From positions 25,279,930 to 25,318,596 of the forward strand of contig NC_068981.1 of the NCBI RefSeq assembly GCF_001194135.2: a stretch of DNA of 38,667 nucleotides, given 5' to 3'. This DNA comes from Octopus bimaculoides. Taxonomy: Eukaryota. This document shows, one piece after another, positions 1 through 12,572 of the stretch; positions within the stretch are counted from its first letter, which is position 1; the number at the start of each line of letters is the position of its first letter. A program made the position numbers and the translations under genes. The notes under the pieces are model-generated. The model was not told where the DNA came from. It saw only the letters and a program-made list of their open reading frames with translations, and searched no databases.

Positions 1-353
1 CTTACGACGACGAGGGTTCCAGTTGATCCGATCAACGGAACAGCCTGCTCGTGAAATTAACGTGCAAAGGGCTGAGCACTCCACAGACACGTGTAACCTT
101 AACGTAGTTCTCGGGGATATTCAGCGTGACACAGTGTGACAAGGCTGACCCTTTGAATTACAGGCACAACAGAAACAGGAAGCAAGAGAAAGTTGTGGTG
201 GAAGAGTACAGCAGGGTTCGCCACGATCCCCTGTCGGAGCCTCGTGGAGCTTTAGGTGTTTTCGCTCAATAAACACTCACAACGCCTGATCTCGGAATCG
301 AAACCGCGATCCTATAACCGCGAGTCCGCTGCCCTAACCATTGCGCCTCCACG
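1..353 (-). mobile_element. tRNA-derived SINE, family A
   Basis: Reverse complement of the 20852-21215 element: head GGAGGCGCAATGG, B-box-like GTTTCGATTCC, tail GGAACCCTCGTCGTCGTAA. Confidence 0.85.
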
Positions 354-917
354 AGCACAGGAGCAGATATAATTGATTTACCTACTTTCCCAAAACTGCT
401 GAGCTTCTGTCAAAATTTGAAATGAATATTTATGCATATTCTTTCTAAGTTTCAATTTGAGTGCTCTCTATTTTTGTATCTCTGAAGTAAATCACAAATT
501 GTAAAATAATTAACGCTTGAGTAACGCTTGAAATGCTTTCAAAACAGATCAACAAGCATACATTATCATACCAATTAAATGAAAGCATATAGTGTGGAGT
601 ATGTTACTTAATATAAAGTAAATATCAAATTGAAATAAGCTGGTGATTCACCAAATAAATATATAAAAAATATATATATAATGAAATATAAAAATATACT
701 TTTAAAAGATAAAAATAAATATACAAAAAATAAGAGATTAGACCTCATTTAAACGATAATGATTCAACGTGACCCTAGTAAGGGAAACAAGTACTGTTCT
801 ATGGAAGGCTTATAACGTTTCTTGGTCACTTGAAGTAATAGGAATAAACACTTATTTCCTAAGTTGCTTGTAGAACTACAATAAGAGCTCACATAAAGAT
901 AATACTATATACATACA

Positions 918-990
<73 letters not shown>

Positions 991-1084
991 NNNNNNNNNN
1001 NNNNNNNNNNNNNNNNNNNNNNNNNNNNNNNNNNNNNNNNNNNNNNNNNNNNNNNNNNNNNNNNNNNNNNNNNNNNNNNNNNNN

Positions 1085-1119
<35 letters not shown>

Positions 1120-1293
1120 CACAAAAAAAAACAACAGGCGAAGACAGGTGGTGTAGAAAACAAACAGATATATTGGTATAACGCTCTGGAATTAAAAAAG
1201 TCTTTAACTTTTCGAGCCTACGCTCTTCCACAGAAAGAACACAGAAAAAAACAAGGAGAAAAAAAAATGTGTGTAGTGGTTAGCGATCTATCA

Positions 1294-1390
1294 TCCCAAG
1301 CGGTCTCCCATCTAAGTACTAACTAGGCTCGACGTTGCTTTAATTTCATTGATCGGACGAGAACCGGTGCATTCAACGTGATATGGCCGA
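1294..1390 (-). pseudogene. 5S rRNA-derived copy, 3' end degraded
   Basis: Reverse complement reads CGGCCATATCACGTTGAATGCACCGGTTCTCGTCCGATC..AAAGCAACGTCGAGCCTAGTTAGTACTTAGATGGGAGACCGCTTGGGA, which matches metazoan 5S rRNA. Internal promoter boxes are mutated. Confidence 0.85.
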
Positions 1391-1492
1391 CGTTGAATGT
1401 ACCGGTTCTCGTCCGATCACCGAAGTTTAGCAATGTCGAGCTTAGTGAGTACTTAAATAAATGACTGCTTGGGAAACCTAGGTACTGTAAGG
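1391..1492 (+). pseudogene. 5S rRNA-derived copy, 5'-truncated by about 15 nt
   Basis: CGTTGAATGTACCGGTTCTCGTCCGATCACCGAAGTTTAGCAATGTCGAGC..AGTACTT..GACTGCTTGGGAAACCTAGGTACTGTAAG. Box C is degenerate. Confidence 0.85.
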
Positions 1493-1575
1493 TTCTCACA
1501 AACACACTATATATATAAATACATACTCATATGTGTGTGTGTGTATGTATGTGTGTGCGTCTGTATATAAATAAT

Positions 1576-1799
1576 AATTCAGAAAATGTAGTAGTAGCAT
1601 TAATATAAATTATTAACTGCAAAAATTCAACATGTCCTCTTACAGCTGTTTCGATTTTACGCATAGAATTAAATTCCAGTAATTAAAAACATTGTATTGG
1701 GCAAAATCTCATCAGAGCAATAAAAACTACATACCGTTAGGTTATTACATGTTATTCTTCCAACACATCTCAAGATGCTACTTCTCCTTTTTCTGAATT
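1576..1799. mobile_element. Small inverted-repeat-bounded element containing a hammerhead motif
   Basis: AATTCAGAAAATGTAGTAGTAGCAT (1576-1600) matches the reverse complement of 1775-1799 at 22/25 positions. Confidence 0.6.
1636..1720 (-). ncRNA. Type I hammerhead ribozyme motif (Penelope-type, palindromic stem III)
   Basis: Minus strand: CTGATGA (1715-1709), 8-bp stem II GATTTTGC/GTAAAATC, GAAA (1652-1649), ACAGCTGT palindrome, GUA cleavage triplet. Stem I is weak, with one mismatch. Confidence 0.75.
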
Positions 1800-2321
1800 T
1801 TAATTTGAATATCTATAAACCAAGATTTATACTTAAACCTATTATTTTATGAATATTGCTCTTTACTCTTTTACTCTTTTACTTGTTTCAGTCGTTTGAC
1901 TGCGGTCATGCTGGAGCACCGCCTTCTGTCGAGGAAATCGACCCCAGGACTTATGCTTTGGAAGCCTAGTACTTATTCTATCGGACTCTTTTGCCGAACC
2001 GCTAAGTCACAAATAAATAAGAAGTAACAAACCAGTAATTCACTGGATATTTTTTTTATCCCTTAATGTGGTTATTTTAACCTATATTTGAATATACATA
2101 CATACATACATATATATATATGTATGTATGTGTGTATGTGTGTGTATATGTGTGTGTTTGTGAGTGTGTTTGTGTGTGTTTGTGTGTATTTGAATATGCA
2201 TACATACATATATATGCATGTATGTGTGTATATGTGTGTGTGTGTGTGCTTGTGAGTGTGTTTGCGTGTGTCTGTGTGTGCGTGTGTGTGTGTGTGTAAG
2301 CCTCAAGAACATAGCGATGTG

Positions 2322-2359
<38 letters not shown>

Positions 2360-2458
2360 CGTATGTATGTGTGTGTGTGAATGTGTGCGTGTATATTTGT
2401 GTGTGTATGCGTGTGTGTGTGTGTGTATGTGTGTGTGTGTGTGTATGCGTGTATGTGT

Positions 2459-2496
<38 letters not shown>

Positions 2497-2559
2497 GCCC
2501 CCAAATGGATATGTGCAGAAATACGGATAGAAGTATACCTGCATACGTAGATTATGTCA

Positions 2560-3700
2560 GATCATATAAGTTCTACTTACTTTATACAACATTATACTCC
2601 CGCTTGTAGCAATGTAAACATAGACGACAAGGGAGATATTTTACAGATTGAACTTCAGTGTTTTCGCTTCTCACGTTTGTAGTGAGAGTACCTGTTTAAT
2701 GTTTGCTTATATACAATGTGTAGAAATCAGCAGTAAAATCTGTAATCAAAGCGGACGGAAGTGACAAACAATCAACGGTAAAATAGCGATTCCGCCGTAA
2801 GTTTTTTGCACACTTCTCCTGCATGGTTAGAGTTTTAAGTGGCTATTATATGTCTTTTTATTTACCTATTGATCCATAACTACGAGGGTGTCGCTGTGGA
2901 AATAGTAGTGTTCATATGATTGTCACACACATGAATATTTGAAGTTAGCACTATTTCACTTCCTGAATACTGACAAAGATATAAACTTTCGTATCTCTTA
3001 CGTAAATCGTAAGTTGTAAAATAAATCGTTGAATGACAGACGTTTATTTGTCCATATACAGTATATAATCCTTGTTGGGAAGTAACCTAGAAATAAAAAT
3101 TATGCAAACGATCCATTTCACATTATGCTATTATCAATGTATCAAAATAATAAATATTTTCAAATATATTGTTTCTATCTTTCAGAGTAACGCTTGAAAT
3201 ACTTTCAAATCAGATCAAGAAATATACATTATCATACCAATTAAACAAAAATTATGCAAACAATCCATTTCACATTATGCTATTATCAATATATCAAAAT
3301 AATAAATATTTTCAAATATATTGTTTCTATCTTTCAGAGTAACGCTTGAAATACTTTCAAATCAGATCAAGAAATATACATTATTATACCAATTATTTAA
3401 TTGGTATGAAAGTTATACTGTGGACCATGTTACTTAATATACAGCAAATATTAGATTCAAATAATCAGATGGTTCACCAACTATAATATAGAAAATATGA
3501 GAGATTTGATCCCATTTGAACATGATAATGATTCAATTTGACTCTAGTAAGGGAAACTAGTACTGATTTGTTGAAGGCTTATAAACTTACTTCGTCCATT
3601 AAAGTAAGTTCCTAATAAACTCCTTATAAATGCTTATTTTCTTAGTTGTCTTCAGAACTACAATAAGAGAAGCTAACATAAAGATTATACTATGGTTGTG
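2560..3700. repeat. Low-copy duplicated non-coding module (X-Y); other copies at 430-920 (Y only), 16170-18050 (SINE-interrupted) and 28250-29110 (inverted)
   Basis: Shared ACTTTATA..CCCGCTTGT..ATGTAAAC..TTTTCGCTTCTCAC, CAGCAGTAAAATCT..CGGACGGAAGTGAC, and TTTCAGAGTAACGCTTGAAA..TGTTACTTAATATA..AGTAAGGGAAAC. Confidence 0.8.
3096..3396. repeat. Tandem duplication, 2 x 152 bp
   Basis: ATTATGCAAAC at 3099 and 3251; the copies differ at only a few positions. Confidence 0.9.
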
Positions 3701-4464
3701 TTAAAAGACAACAAATAATCTGAAATATAGAATCGAAAGCACGCCGGGTTAAGTGCTTAGCGGTATTTCGTCCGTCTTTACGTTCTGTGTTCAAATTCCC
3801 ACCGAGGTTGACGTTGCCTTTCCTCGTTTCGAAGTCGATAAAATAAGTAGCATCTGAACACTGGGGCCGATGTAGTCGACTTACCCCCTCCCCGTGTGCC
3901 AAAATCTGAAACCAATATTATACGTGCATGTATTTCGTAAATCAAACTGCACGTCATGTATATAGGCATACGTATAAACACACGCACGCACGCACACACA
4001 TACACACACACACACATACACACAAAAACATATATGTATTGGCGCAAGCGTAGTTATTTGGTGAGAAGATTACTTCCCGACCACATAGTTTCAGGATCAG
4101 TCCCGTTGCGTGGTACCTTGGGTGTCTTCTACTCTAGCCACGGGCCGATCAAAGCATTGTGTGTACTTAATATAGAGACAACAGGTGAGATCCAGAGATG
4201 CTCAATATAGGAAGCACTCAGTAGCTCTCAAATTATTGGAACTTACACTCCTAAATCTTTCCTGAGAACTAAGTCCACTGGATTAAGAGTAGCTATAAGA
4301 GATAACCAAGTGAGCAGATATGGAGAGAATGATGAAAAAAACAAACAAAAAGAACAAAAACAAATAAAACTGCTTGGGTTAAATATACAAAAAATACATA
4401 CATGTATACACGTCAATAGAGATAAAGCAAAGACGACGAATATTCAATCATATTTATATATTAT

Positions 4465-4865
4465 GTGGCTGTGTGGTAAGTAGCTTGCTTACCAAACACA
4501 TGGTCCTGAGTTCAGTCCCACTGCGTGGCATCTTGGGCAAGTGTCTTCTACCATAGCCTCGGGCCGACCAAAGCCTTGTGAGTGGATTTGCTAGACGGAA
4601 ACTGAAAGAAGCCTGTCGTATATATGTATATATATATGTATGTGTGTATGTGTTTGTATGTCTATGTTTGTCCCCCTAACATCGCTTGACAACCGATGCT
4701 GGTGTGTTTATGTCCCCGTAACTTAGCGGTTCGGCAAAAGAGACCGATAGAATAAGTACTAGGCTTCTAAAGAATAAGTCCTGGCGTCGATTTGCTCGAC
4801 TAAAGGCGGTGCTCCAGCATGGCCACAGTAAAAAAACTGAAACAAGTAAAAGAGTAAAAGAGTAA
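4465..4865 (+). mobile_element. Abundant SINE, family C (full copy)
   Basis: GTGGCTGTGTGGTAAG..GTTCAGTCCC..GACGGAAACTGAAAGAAGCC..(TA/TG)n..GGTGCTCCAGCATGGCC..(AAAGAGT)n tail. Partial copies near 1860-2008, 4040-4160, 13925-14045, 14563-15020, 27160-27340, 31801-31949 and 32215-32460. Confidence 0.88.
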
Positions 4866-4939
4866 CAGAGCAAATATTAACAGATATTTATATATTAACA
4901 GAGCAACTTTAATTGATTACAAAAACACAGAAAATTAAA

Positions 4940-6000
4940 AGGGAGAAAGTATAGTATTACAGGTCCGACAGCTGCCACTGAAGGCTCGGAGTCATCTATG
5001 TTTTCTAGATGTATTTCACAAAAATATGCAACCAGTAATGGACGCCTATAAACATTGAGTAGATCCGAGCTTTGCCTTCAGGGTTGAGAGATAAAAATCT
5101 AACATTTCAACTCATAATGCAGGGAAATTTTTTAATGGTAGAAGGAGTGAAGAGGAAGGTAAGCAGAGGAAGCGGGGTGGTGGAGTAAGTAGGTAGTTCG
5201 ATGGAGGAGTGTTGAATCAAGGAAGGACATCAAAATTGTCAATTTCTTACACGTCATTCTCGACTTAGAAGGAAGCGCCTTCTATAAACCGAATCAATCA
5301 CTACCTTATATCAACCTCCTGCGTATCACCCTGCACTTACCCTTAAGTCACTAATATCTCTATCAGAATTTCCAACTTATTAGCTAATGAAGACACTTTT
5401 CACAATCGCGCCACGTATTACAATCAAGCTCTCCAGGTCAGTGGTTTCCACGAAACGTTCTCTTTTACCCCAACATTAAACTTAAAAATAAATTCGCACC
5501 TATTCCAATCATCCACAATCCACCAATCTTAAAACACGCGCGCGCGCGCGCATCGCATTCACTGTCCCCGTCGGCCACCTCCATGTTATAGTGACCTCAA
5601 GCTCAAGCCTATCCATGTAGTCCCATCCACTATACCTACGTGCTCATCCTACCGCACCTAATTATTTCCTAACTCTCCACTTCTACTTCTGTCAATACCC
5701 TGATCATTCACCCTATCCATTTTCCTACTTTGACTGTCTTATATTTTCTTACTTTCTTGCCCTTCCTTGCTTCAACAGTCCCCACAACCCCATTGAGCTA
5801 CCTTCTTCCTCCACTCACCACTGCTTGTGTTCCTCTTCACCCATCATACCTTTATATATACACAGGTTCAACATTGATTTTGGGATACTGATGCTACGAA
5901 AATTCTTGCAATCCATTGTAATTTACGAAGAAGTACTAAAAATTCTGTAACAGACAAACTAATTAATGGGTTTGTGAGTGTTTCTGTGAGCAAGAGCATT
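4940..6000. repeat. Old repeat remnant, probably Penelope-derived; related to 18090-18160 and 19200-20400
   Basis: 5780-6000 aligns with 20170-20385, and 5570-5640 with 18090-18160. 5150-5230 is an inverted copy of the 5760-5840-type sequence. Confidence 0.55.
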
Positions 6001-6245
6001 GTTTTCTCATTCGTATGGCAATTGTTTCCCTAGTATTGATTGTTCATGGTATGGTCTATTTAGACACTTCACACATTCGCATACCTTCTGAAGTACACAC
6101 GTTCGTATATAAGTACCTACATACTTCGGTATGTATGTATGTATGTATGTATGTATGTATGAATGTATGTAAGCATGTATGTATGCATACATATGTGTCA
6201 GTGTTAGTATTATATAAGCGTATCATTCTATATCTATATGTCTAA

Positions 6246-6361
<116 letters not shown>

Positions 6362-6379
6362 AAAAACAAATAATAAATG

Positions 6380-8997
6380 AGTATATGCGTATATACGTAC
6401 AAGTATGTGCATACCTACATCTACCTGTATATATAGGTGCATATCTGGGTACAGGACGTTGCAAACAAAACGTAGACAAAAAGATAATAATAACCAGAGT
6501 ACAGAAAACACACAGGCCACATAGAGAATATTTTCCTTCATCAGCTGCCCCCATTCTAACACAGGCGTTTCGAAGAGTAGGGCAGGACGCATCGTTAAAA
6601 TGGCTCTTCCCATGGACCAGAAATTAAATTTGTACCATGGAGGAATATAGTGGCGGACAGAAAACAGGACAGGAAAACAAACGGAAAAGGCTATACGGCC
6701 AGACGTGAAAAATTATGTGTATATTGAACGCTGTGAAGCAACGAACTGATGTATATATACATATGTGCGCATATATATATGTATATCTATCTATCTATCT
6801 ATATATACATACATACATACATACATACAGATATATGCGTCTCTATCTCTCGCGCTCTCTCTTTTTCTCTCTCATACACTCTCGTTCTCTGTGTTTTAGT
6901 TTCTTTCACCGTTTGACCAACGGTGTTGCTTTGTTTAAACTTCCATAGCACAGTAGTTTGATAAAAACACTTCGAAATAAGTGCTGAAATGGATTTGACC
7001 AGCGAAGACCTTCAAGATGTTGACCCTGTATCGCCTCACCCCAATAACTGAAACAAATAATGGATGAAAAATTATTTGTCTATTGCTGTGATTAATCACG
7101 CTTGTACTACTCAATGTACTTCTTTCTGTCGCATTTTATTACATTCGCTCACCATATATATTTTTATTCTATACTTTAAGAAGGGAATGGATTTATAAAT
7201 TTTATGCCCTCCCTACTCCTCGCCCGGCTTCACCTTAAAATGGCCCTTAATTTCATTATTATTAAATAATATATTTAACACATATTTTTAATCACGTTCA
7301 TTATCATTTTAATTTGCCTACAGAAACTGAAATTCCAATGATGTCTTTTCTCCGTATTTAGAGACATTTTCTTGAAAATCCTTTAAATATGCTTACTCCT
7401 CTATCAAATTTCTTTCCTTTTTTTTTTTTTTTCCTAGTTCGAGGTTTCTATTTCCAAGCATTACTAACAGTGACGATTTGTCTAGTTCGAATTTCACATC
7501 TTCAACTTGTCTTATAAACAACTTTACTATGAAACAATCAGCTCAAACGAAGCATCAAAATATATCCACTTTCACTTAGTAGATTGTACTAGCAAGCTCT
7601 CTTGCTGTACTACACTGTGCAACAGTCATAGAATTGATTAGCTTACAAGAAGTTGCATGAACATGACTAGTGATAACTAATCAACGAACTTTATCAATGC
7701 TCTCAAATATACAATATGAAACTTTAACTGCAATACTTAGTTATTTCGGAAACATGCATTGTTAGACCATAAAATATGCATTTATACAGGTAAAATCCAC
7801 TTCTTGTATCGGATTAAAAATATATTTTAAACATTATTTAGCAATATAACTCGATCATTCTGACTGATACACTGTCTAAGCGTATTCGAAATTTGAAGAA
7901 TTTCGATGCCAACTTACTAATTATCAGTACTGCACGTATATAAAAATACTGATAAAAAATTAGTATGGATAAGCAACTTTGTTAGTATGCATAAAAGCAT
8001 ATCTATCTATATCTATGTGTGTCTACGTATACACACACACACCTATATATATATATATATATACATACATACATACATACATNNNNNNNNNNNNNNNNNN
8101 NNNNNNNNNNNNNNNNNNNNNNNNNNNNNNNNNNNNNNNNNNNNNNNNNNNNNNNNNNNNNNNNNNNNNNNNNNNNNNNNNNNNNNNNNNNNNNNNNNNN
8201 NNNNNNNNNNNNNNNNNNNNNNNNNNNNNNNNNNNNNNNNNNNNNNNNNNNNNNNNNNNNNNNNNNNNNNNNNNNNNNNNNNNNNNNNATATATACACTT
8301 GCAAATGGACGCGTAGCGTTCGATAATATAATAATACAAATGATATATGAGCATATGCATGTATATATACATATATGTACATACCTACATTTACATGTAT
8401 ATATAGATGCATATCCGGGTACAGGACGTCAAAGAACGTTGACAAAAAAGGAACGGGAACATAAACAAAGCACAAAAAACGAACTTTTTTTACGGACAAC
8501 ACAATGAACACAGGAAAACAGACAAGCTACGTATGGAACTTTTCCTTCATCAGCTGCCTCTATTCTAAACTAGGCGTTTCGAAGATGAGGCAGAACGCAC
8601 TCTTAGAATAGCTCTTCCCGTGAAGTGGATTAACCTGCTGAGCAGAGGATTCCGAAGTAGCAAACAAAAACCAAGACAGGAAAGATTGAACGATGAAAAC
8701 AACGTTTAGGACCGTTAAGCCGAACGAGATGAGATACTGAACGCTGTGATGTGACGAACTTGAGCGGAGAGATATAGCAGTTCGTCTTGCCTTTATGTTG
8801 GCCGAAGGGAGAAAGGAAGAGGTGACCACAGGTCACATGTGATCAACGAGGTGTGGTAGAGAGAGGAAAAGGGAAGAAGTTGAACAAAGGTGAGCGACGA
8901 GAAACAGGGAGGAAGAGTAAGAGAGAGATATAGCAGTGAAGAGGAGAAGCAAGGACAACAGAAGGAAGAAGAACGAGAGGGGGAGAGAGGTAAGAAC

Positions 8998-9061
<64 letters not shown>

Positions 9062-9323
9062 GTAGAAAGATAGAGTGCGCGTCAGGAATATATAAAGTTA
9101 AAATTTACTTGCAAATGGACGCGTAGCGTTTGATAATATAATAATACAAATCATATATGAGCATAAGCATGTATGCATACATATATGTACATACCTACAT
9201 TTACATCTATATATAGATGCATATTCGGGGACAGGACGTCAAAAAACGTGGACAAAAAAGGAATGGGAACATAAACAAAGTACAAAAAAACGGACTTTTT
9301 TTACGGACAACAGAATGAACACA

Positions 9324-9330
<7 letters not shown>
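6380..9330. repeat. Three local copies of a 250-400 bp repeat (about 6380-6750, 8290-8760, 9095-9330)
   Basis: Shared ATGTACATACCTACAT..ATGCATAT..GGGTACAGGACGT..AAAAC. Two copies also share TTTTCCTTCATCAGCTGCC..ATTCTAA..AGGCGTTTCGAAGA. Confidence 0.8.
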
Positions 9331-9377
<47 letters not shown>

Positions 9378-11497
9378 NNNNNNNNNNNNNNNNNNNNNNN
9401 NNNNNNNNNNNNNNNNNNNNNNNNNNNNNNNNNNNNNNNNNNNNNNNNNNNNNNNNNNNNNNNNNNNNNNNNNNNNNNNNNNNNNNNNNNNNNNNNNNNN
9501 NNNNNNNNNNNNNNNNNNNNNNNNNNNNNNNNATATATATATATATATATATAAATTTTGTACGACTCTATTATTCTTGCCATTCTCTCATTCTTTCCTT
9601 CTTTCTCTCAACCCTTTTACACTTGCTTCGTTTATTCCACTCTTCGTTCTTTCGATCCTCCTCTCTCAAATTTCCTGGCCTTCTCTTCACGCTCACTTCC
9701 CTCCTCTTTCACTTCACTCTGCCCCATTCATTTTTTTCTCGTCCCTCCATAATTCTTCTATCCCTCTGCCTCTACCTCTCTCTCTTCTCTCCCCAAGTAA
9801 CCGGAGTTCGGCCAAGCCTGATCGTTCTTTCTTGCTTCGACTACCACCCATACAACATCTATATTCCTCCCTGTGCCTGTGAAATCTTATTTCAGCGACA
9901 TTGATCCCACCAATAAAGAGTTGGTTCTCTTAAATAAGGTTGATAATGCATTATTACACACAACATAACATATATACATCAAAGGGCGCTAACATAAGAC
10001 AGGTAATATTGACAAGTTTTATCAGAAATGTAAATGGAAGAATGTTATGTCTAGAGACATTTAGTAAAGTGTAAAATAACTGACAAAAAGATCTGCAATG
10101 TTTTTTCATATATGTATATATATATAAAAAAATATATTTTTTATTAAATGACAAATTAGTATGAAAATAAATTAATACGTACAATGAATGATTATTTATA
10201 AGATTGCCTTATATATTATAAAAATATTTTACGCGTTACATAATTAATATTAAATATTATTACAAAAATAAACAAATGCTTATAACGTGAGATTTGCGCT
10301 TAAGAAATGAAATGAACGCATGAATTAGTGGAAATAATTTAATAAAACTACCTAATTATCGTTTTCTTCTTTGAACACAAGGTTTTTGATATGTGAGACT
10401 ATGAATAATCAAATAAATAATACCAGAAAACAAAACACTATCATTACTTATTTCAGTAGATAGAAAAATTTAAAGCAAACTTGGACGTATCTGGAAATGA
10501 CTTGAAATCAATCAACAGGGTGTTAAATAAACAATAGGGTTTTAAATAACAATGCATAGCATTGTCAATTTCGAAGCTTCTGCTAAAACAGTAGCTTATC
10601 ACCTTTACGTATCAAGACACAAGGTCGACGATTTGGAAGAAATAAAGTGACAATTATGTAGACCACAGTACATCAGTGGTGCTCTGATTTATCGACCCTC
10701 ATAGAACGAAAGTTAATGTTGATAGTAACAAGTTGTGAATCGAAAATGTAAGGATGGGAAATAAGTGCTTCGAAGTATTTTACTTTGTTCTAATGATTCT
10801 ATCAGCTCACTGCCTTATCAAGTTTTAATATTAAGAAATAAGAAGGCAGTGAGCTAGCAGAATCGTCAGCACGCCGGACAAAATACTTAACGGCATTTCG
10901 TCCGTCTTTAAATTCTGAGTACAAATTCTGCCGACGTCGACTGCCATTGATATTTTCGTGGTCGATTATATTGTTACCAATTGATTACTGAGGTTCGATT
11001 TAATCGACTTGCCTCTCGCTCGAAATTGCTAGTCCCGTTACAACTTTTGGAACCAACATTAAGAAATATGTAGGTGGCGAGACGGCAGAATCACTAACAC
11101 ATTGAGCAAAATGCTTAGAAACATTTCGCCCGACGTGATGTTCTGAGTTAAAATTCTGCCGAGGTCGACTTTGCTTTTCACCTATTCGGGGTCGATAAAA
11201 TAAATACAGTTTGAGTTCTGGTGTCGATGTAATCGATATACTTCTTCCGCTGAAAATGGTTGCTTTTTGCCAAAATTCGTATCCAATATTAAAAAATAGG
11301 CAATACGCATATAGCAATATTTGTGAATGTGAAAACATAAAGTACATGTGTGTATAAAAAATATAGTGGCTCTATGTTTTGCCTAGTTGTATGCTTTTAA
11401 ATGATTGTAATATACACACATACAATGAAATAACATTGTATATTTAGATTACGATATTATTAACAATTTTAAGCGATGTTGTAAATAATGTAAATAG

Positions 11498-11583
<86 letters not shown>

Positions 11584-11590
11584 TGTAAAC

Positions 11591-11976
11591 AATAATAATG
11601 GCATTTTTATATAAGCTTAAAGCTTATAGCGATCATCATGAAATGACGAAGAAGAATAGTCTAATAAAGGGGCATATAAGCGCTCGACAGAAAAACTAAG
11701 GCTTTCCTATCCGCCATAGAGGACGTACATGCCTTCATACATAAATTCACAGCTACCTACCTCCCTACCTACCTATCTACCCACCTATCCACTTATCTTA
11801 CTATATACATACATACATACATACATACATACATACATACATACATACAAAGAGCCCAACCAAAGTCTTCTTTTTTTCTGTCGAGGGCTTATATGTCCCT
11901 TTATTAGACTATTTTCCTTAGTCATCGTACGTTGGCCGCCATAAGATTTAAGCTTATATAAAAACACCATTATTAT
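11591..11976. repeat. Inverted repeat (arms about 105 bp) downstream of IL-17 paralog A
   Basis: 11591-11695 is the reverse complement of 11873-11976, e.g. TAGTCTAATAAAGGGGCATATAAGCGCTCGACAGAAAAA vs TTTTTCTGTCGAGGGCTTATATGTCCCTTTATTAGACTA. Confidence 0.85.
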
Positions 11977-12049
11977 CATTTAGAGGCGCCGTACGAAAAT
12001 TATCATTTTGGCGCCGTACGAAAAAAAAAAACCATTCGCACCGAAATAT

Positions 12050-12358
12050 ATATATAAAAGTGTAAAAATATATAAATGAAAAGTGCTTAAATATAAAATT
12101 GATTGGAAATTGTGTACAATGACCAACGAAAAAGACGAAAAGAAATGCAGATAAAGCATGAACAATTTTAACATGAAAAATGCAGTTAAAAATATGAAAA
12201 AAATATTATTAAAAAAAAAACTCTTCTATCACCATAGAATACGTACATACCTTCATGCATAAATACACTCGTACCTACCTACATGCACACATACATACAT
12301 ACATACATACATGCATGTATACACGCACACACACTCACACACGCACGCACACGCACGC

Positions 12359-12414
<56 letters not shown>

Positions 12415-12529
12415 NNNNNNNNNNNNNNNNNNNNNNNNNNNNNNNNNNNNNNNNNNNNNNNNNNNNNNNNNNNNNNNNNNNNNNNNNNNNNNNNNNNNNN
12501 NNNNNNNNNNNNNNNNNNNNNNNNNNNNN

Positions 12530-12572
<43 letters not shown>

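Noticed and set aside
1294-1492. Functional 5S rRNA genes
   Set aside because: Both copies are truncated, box C is mutated, and there is no tandem array context.
920-2560. Expected IL-17 pseudogene between the two left-hand X-Y modules
   Set aside because: No RSxCPW or CxC remnants found by eye; the interval is microsatellite, gap, 5S copies and small elements.
2082-2609. Many long ORFs of HT/CV/YI repeats here and throughout, including ORFs spanning N-gaps
   Set aside because: They are translations of (CA)n, (TG)n and (TA)n microsatellites or of N runs, with no protein signal.
5430-5465. GTGG-TTT-CCAC-GAAACGTT, hammerhead-like 3' half
   Set aside because: The upstream box matches CTGATGA at only 4/7 and there is no stem I.
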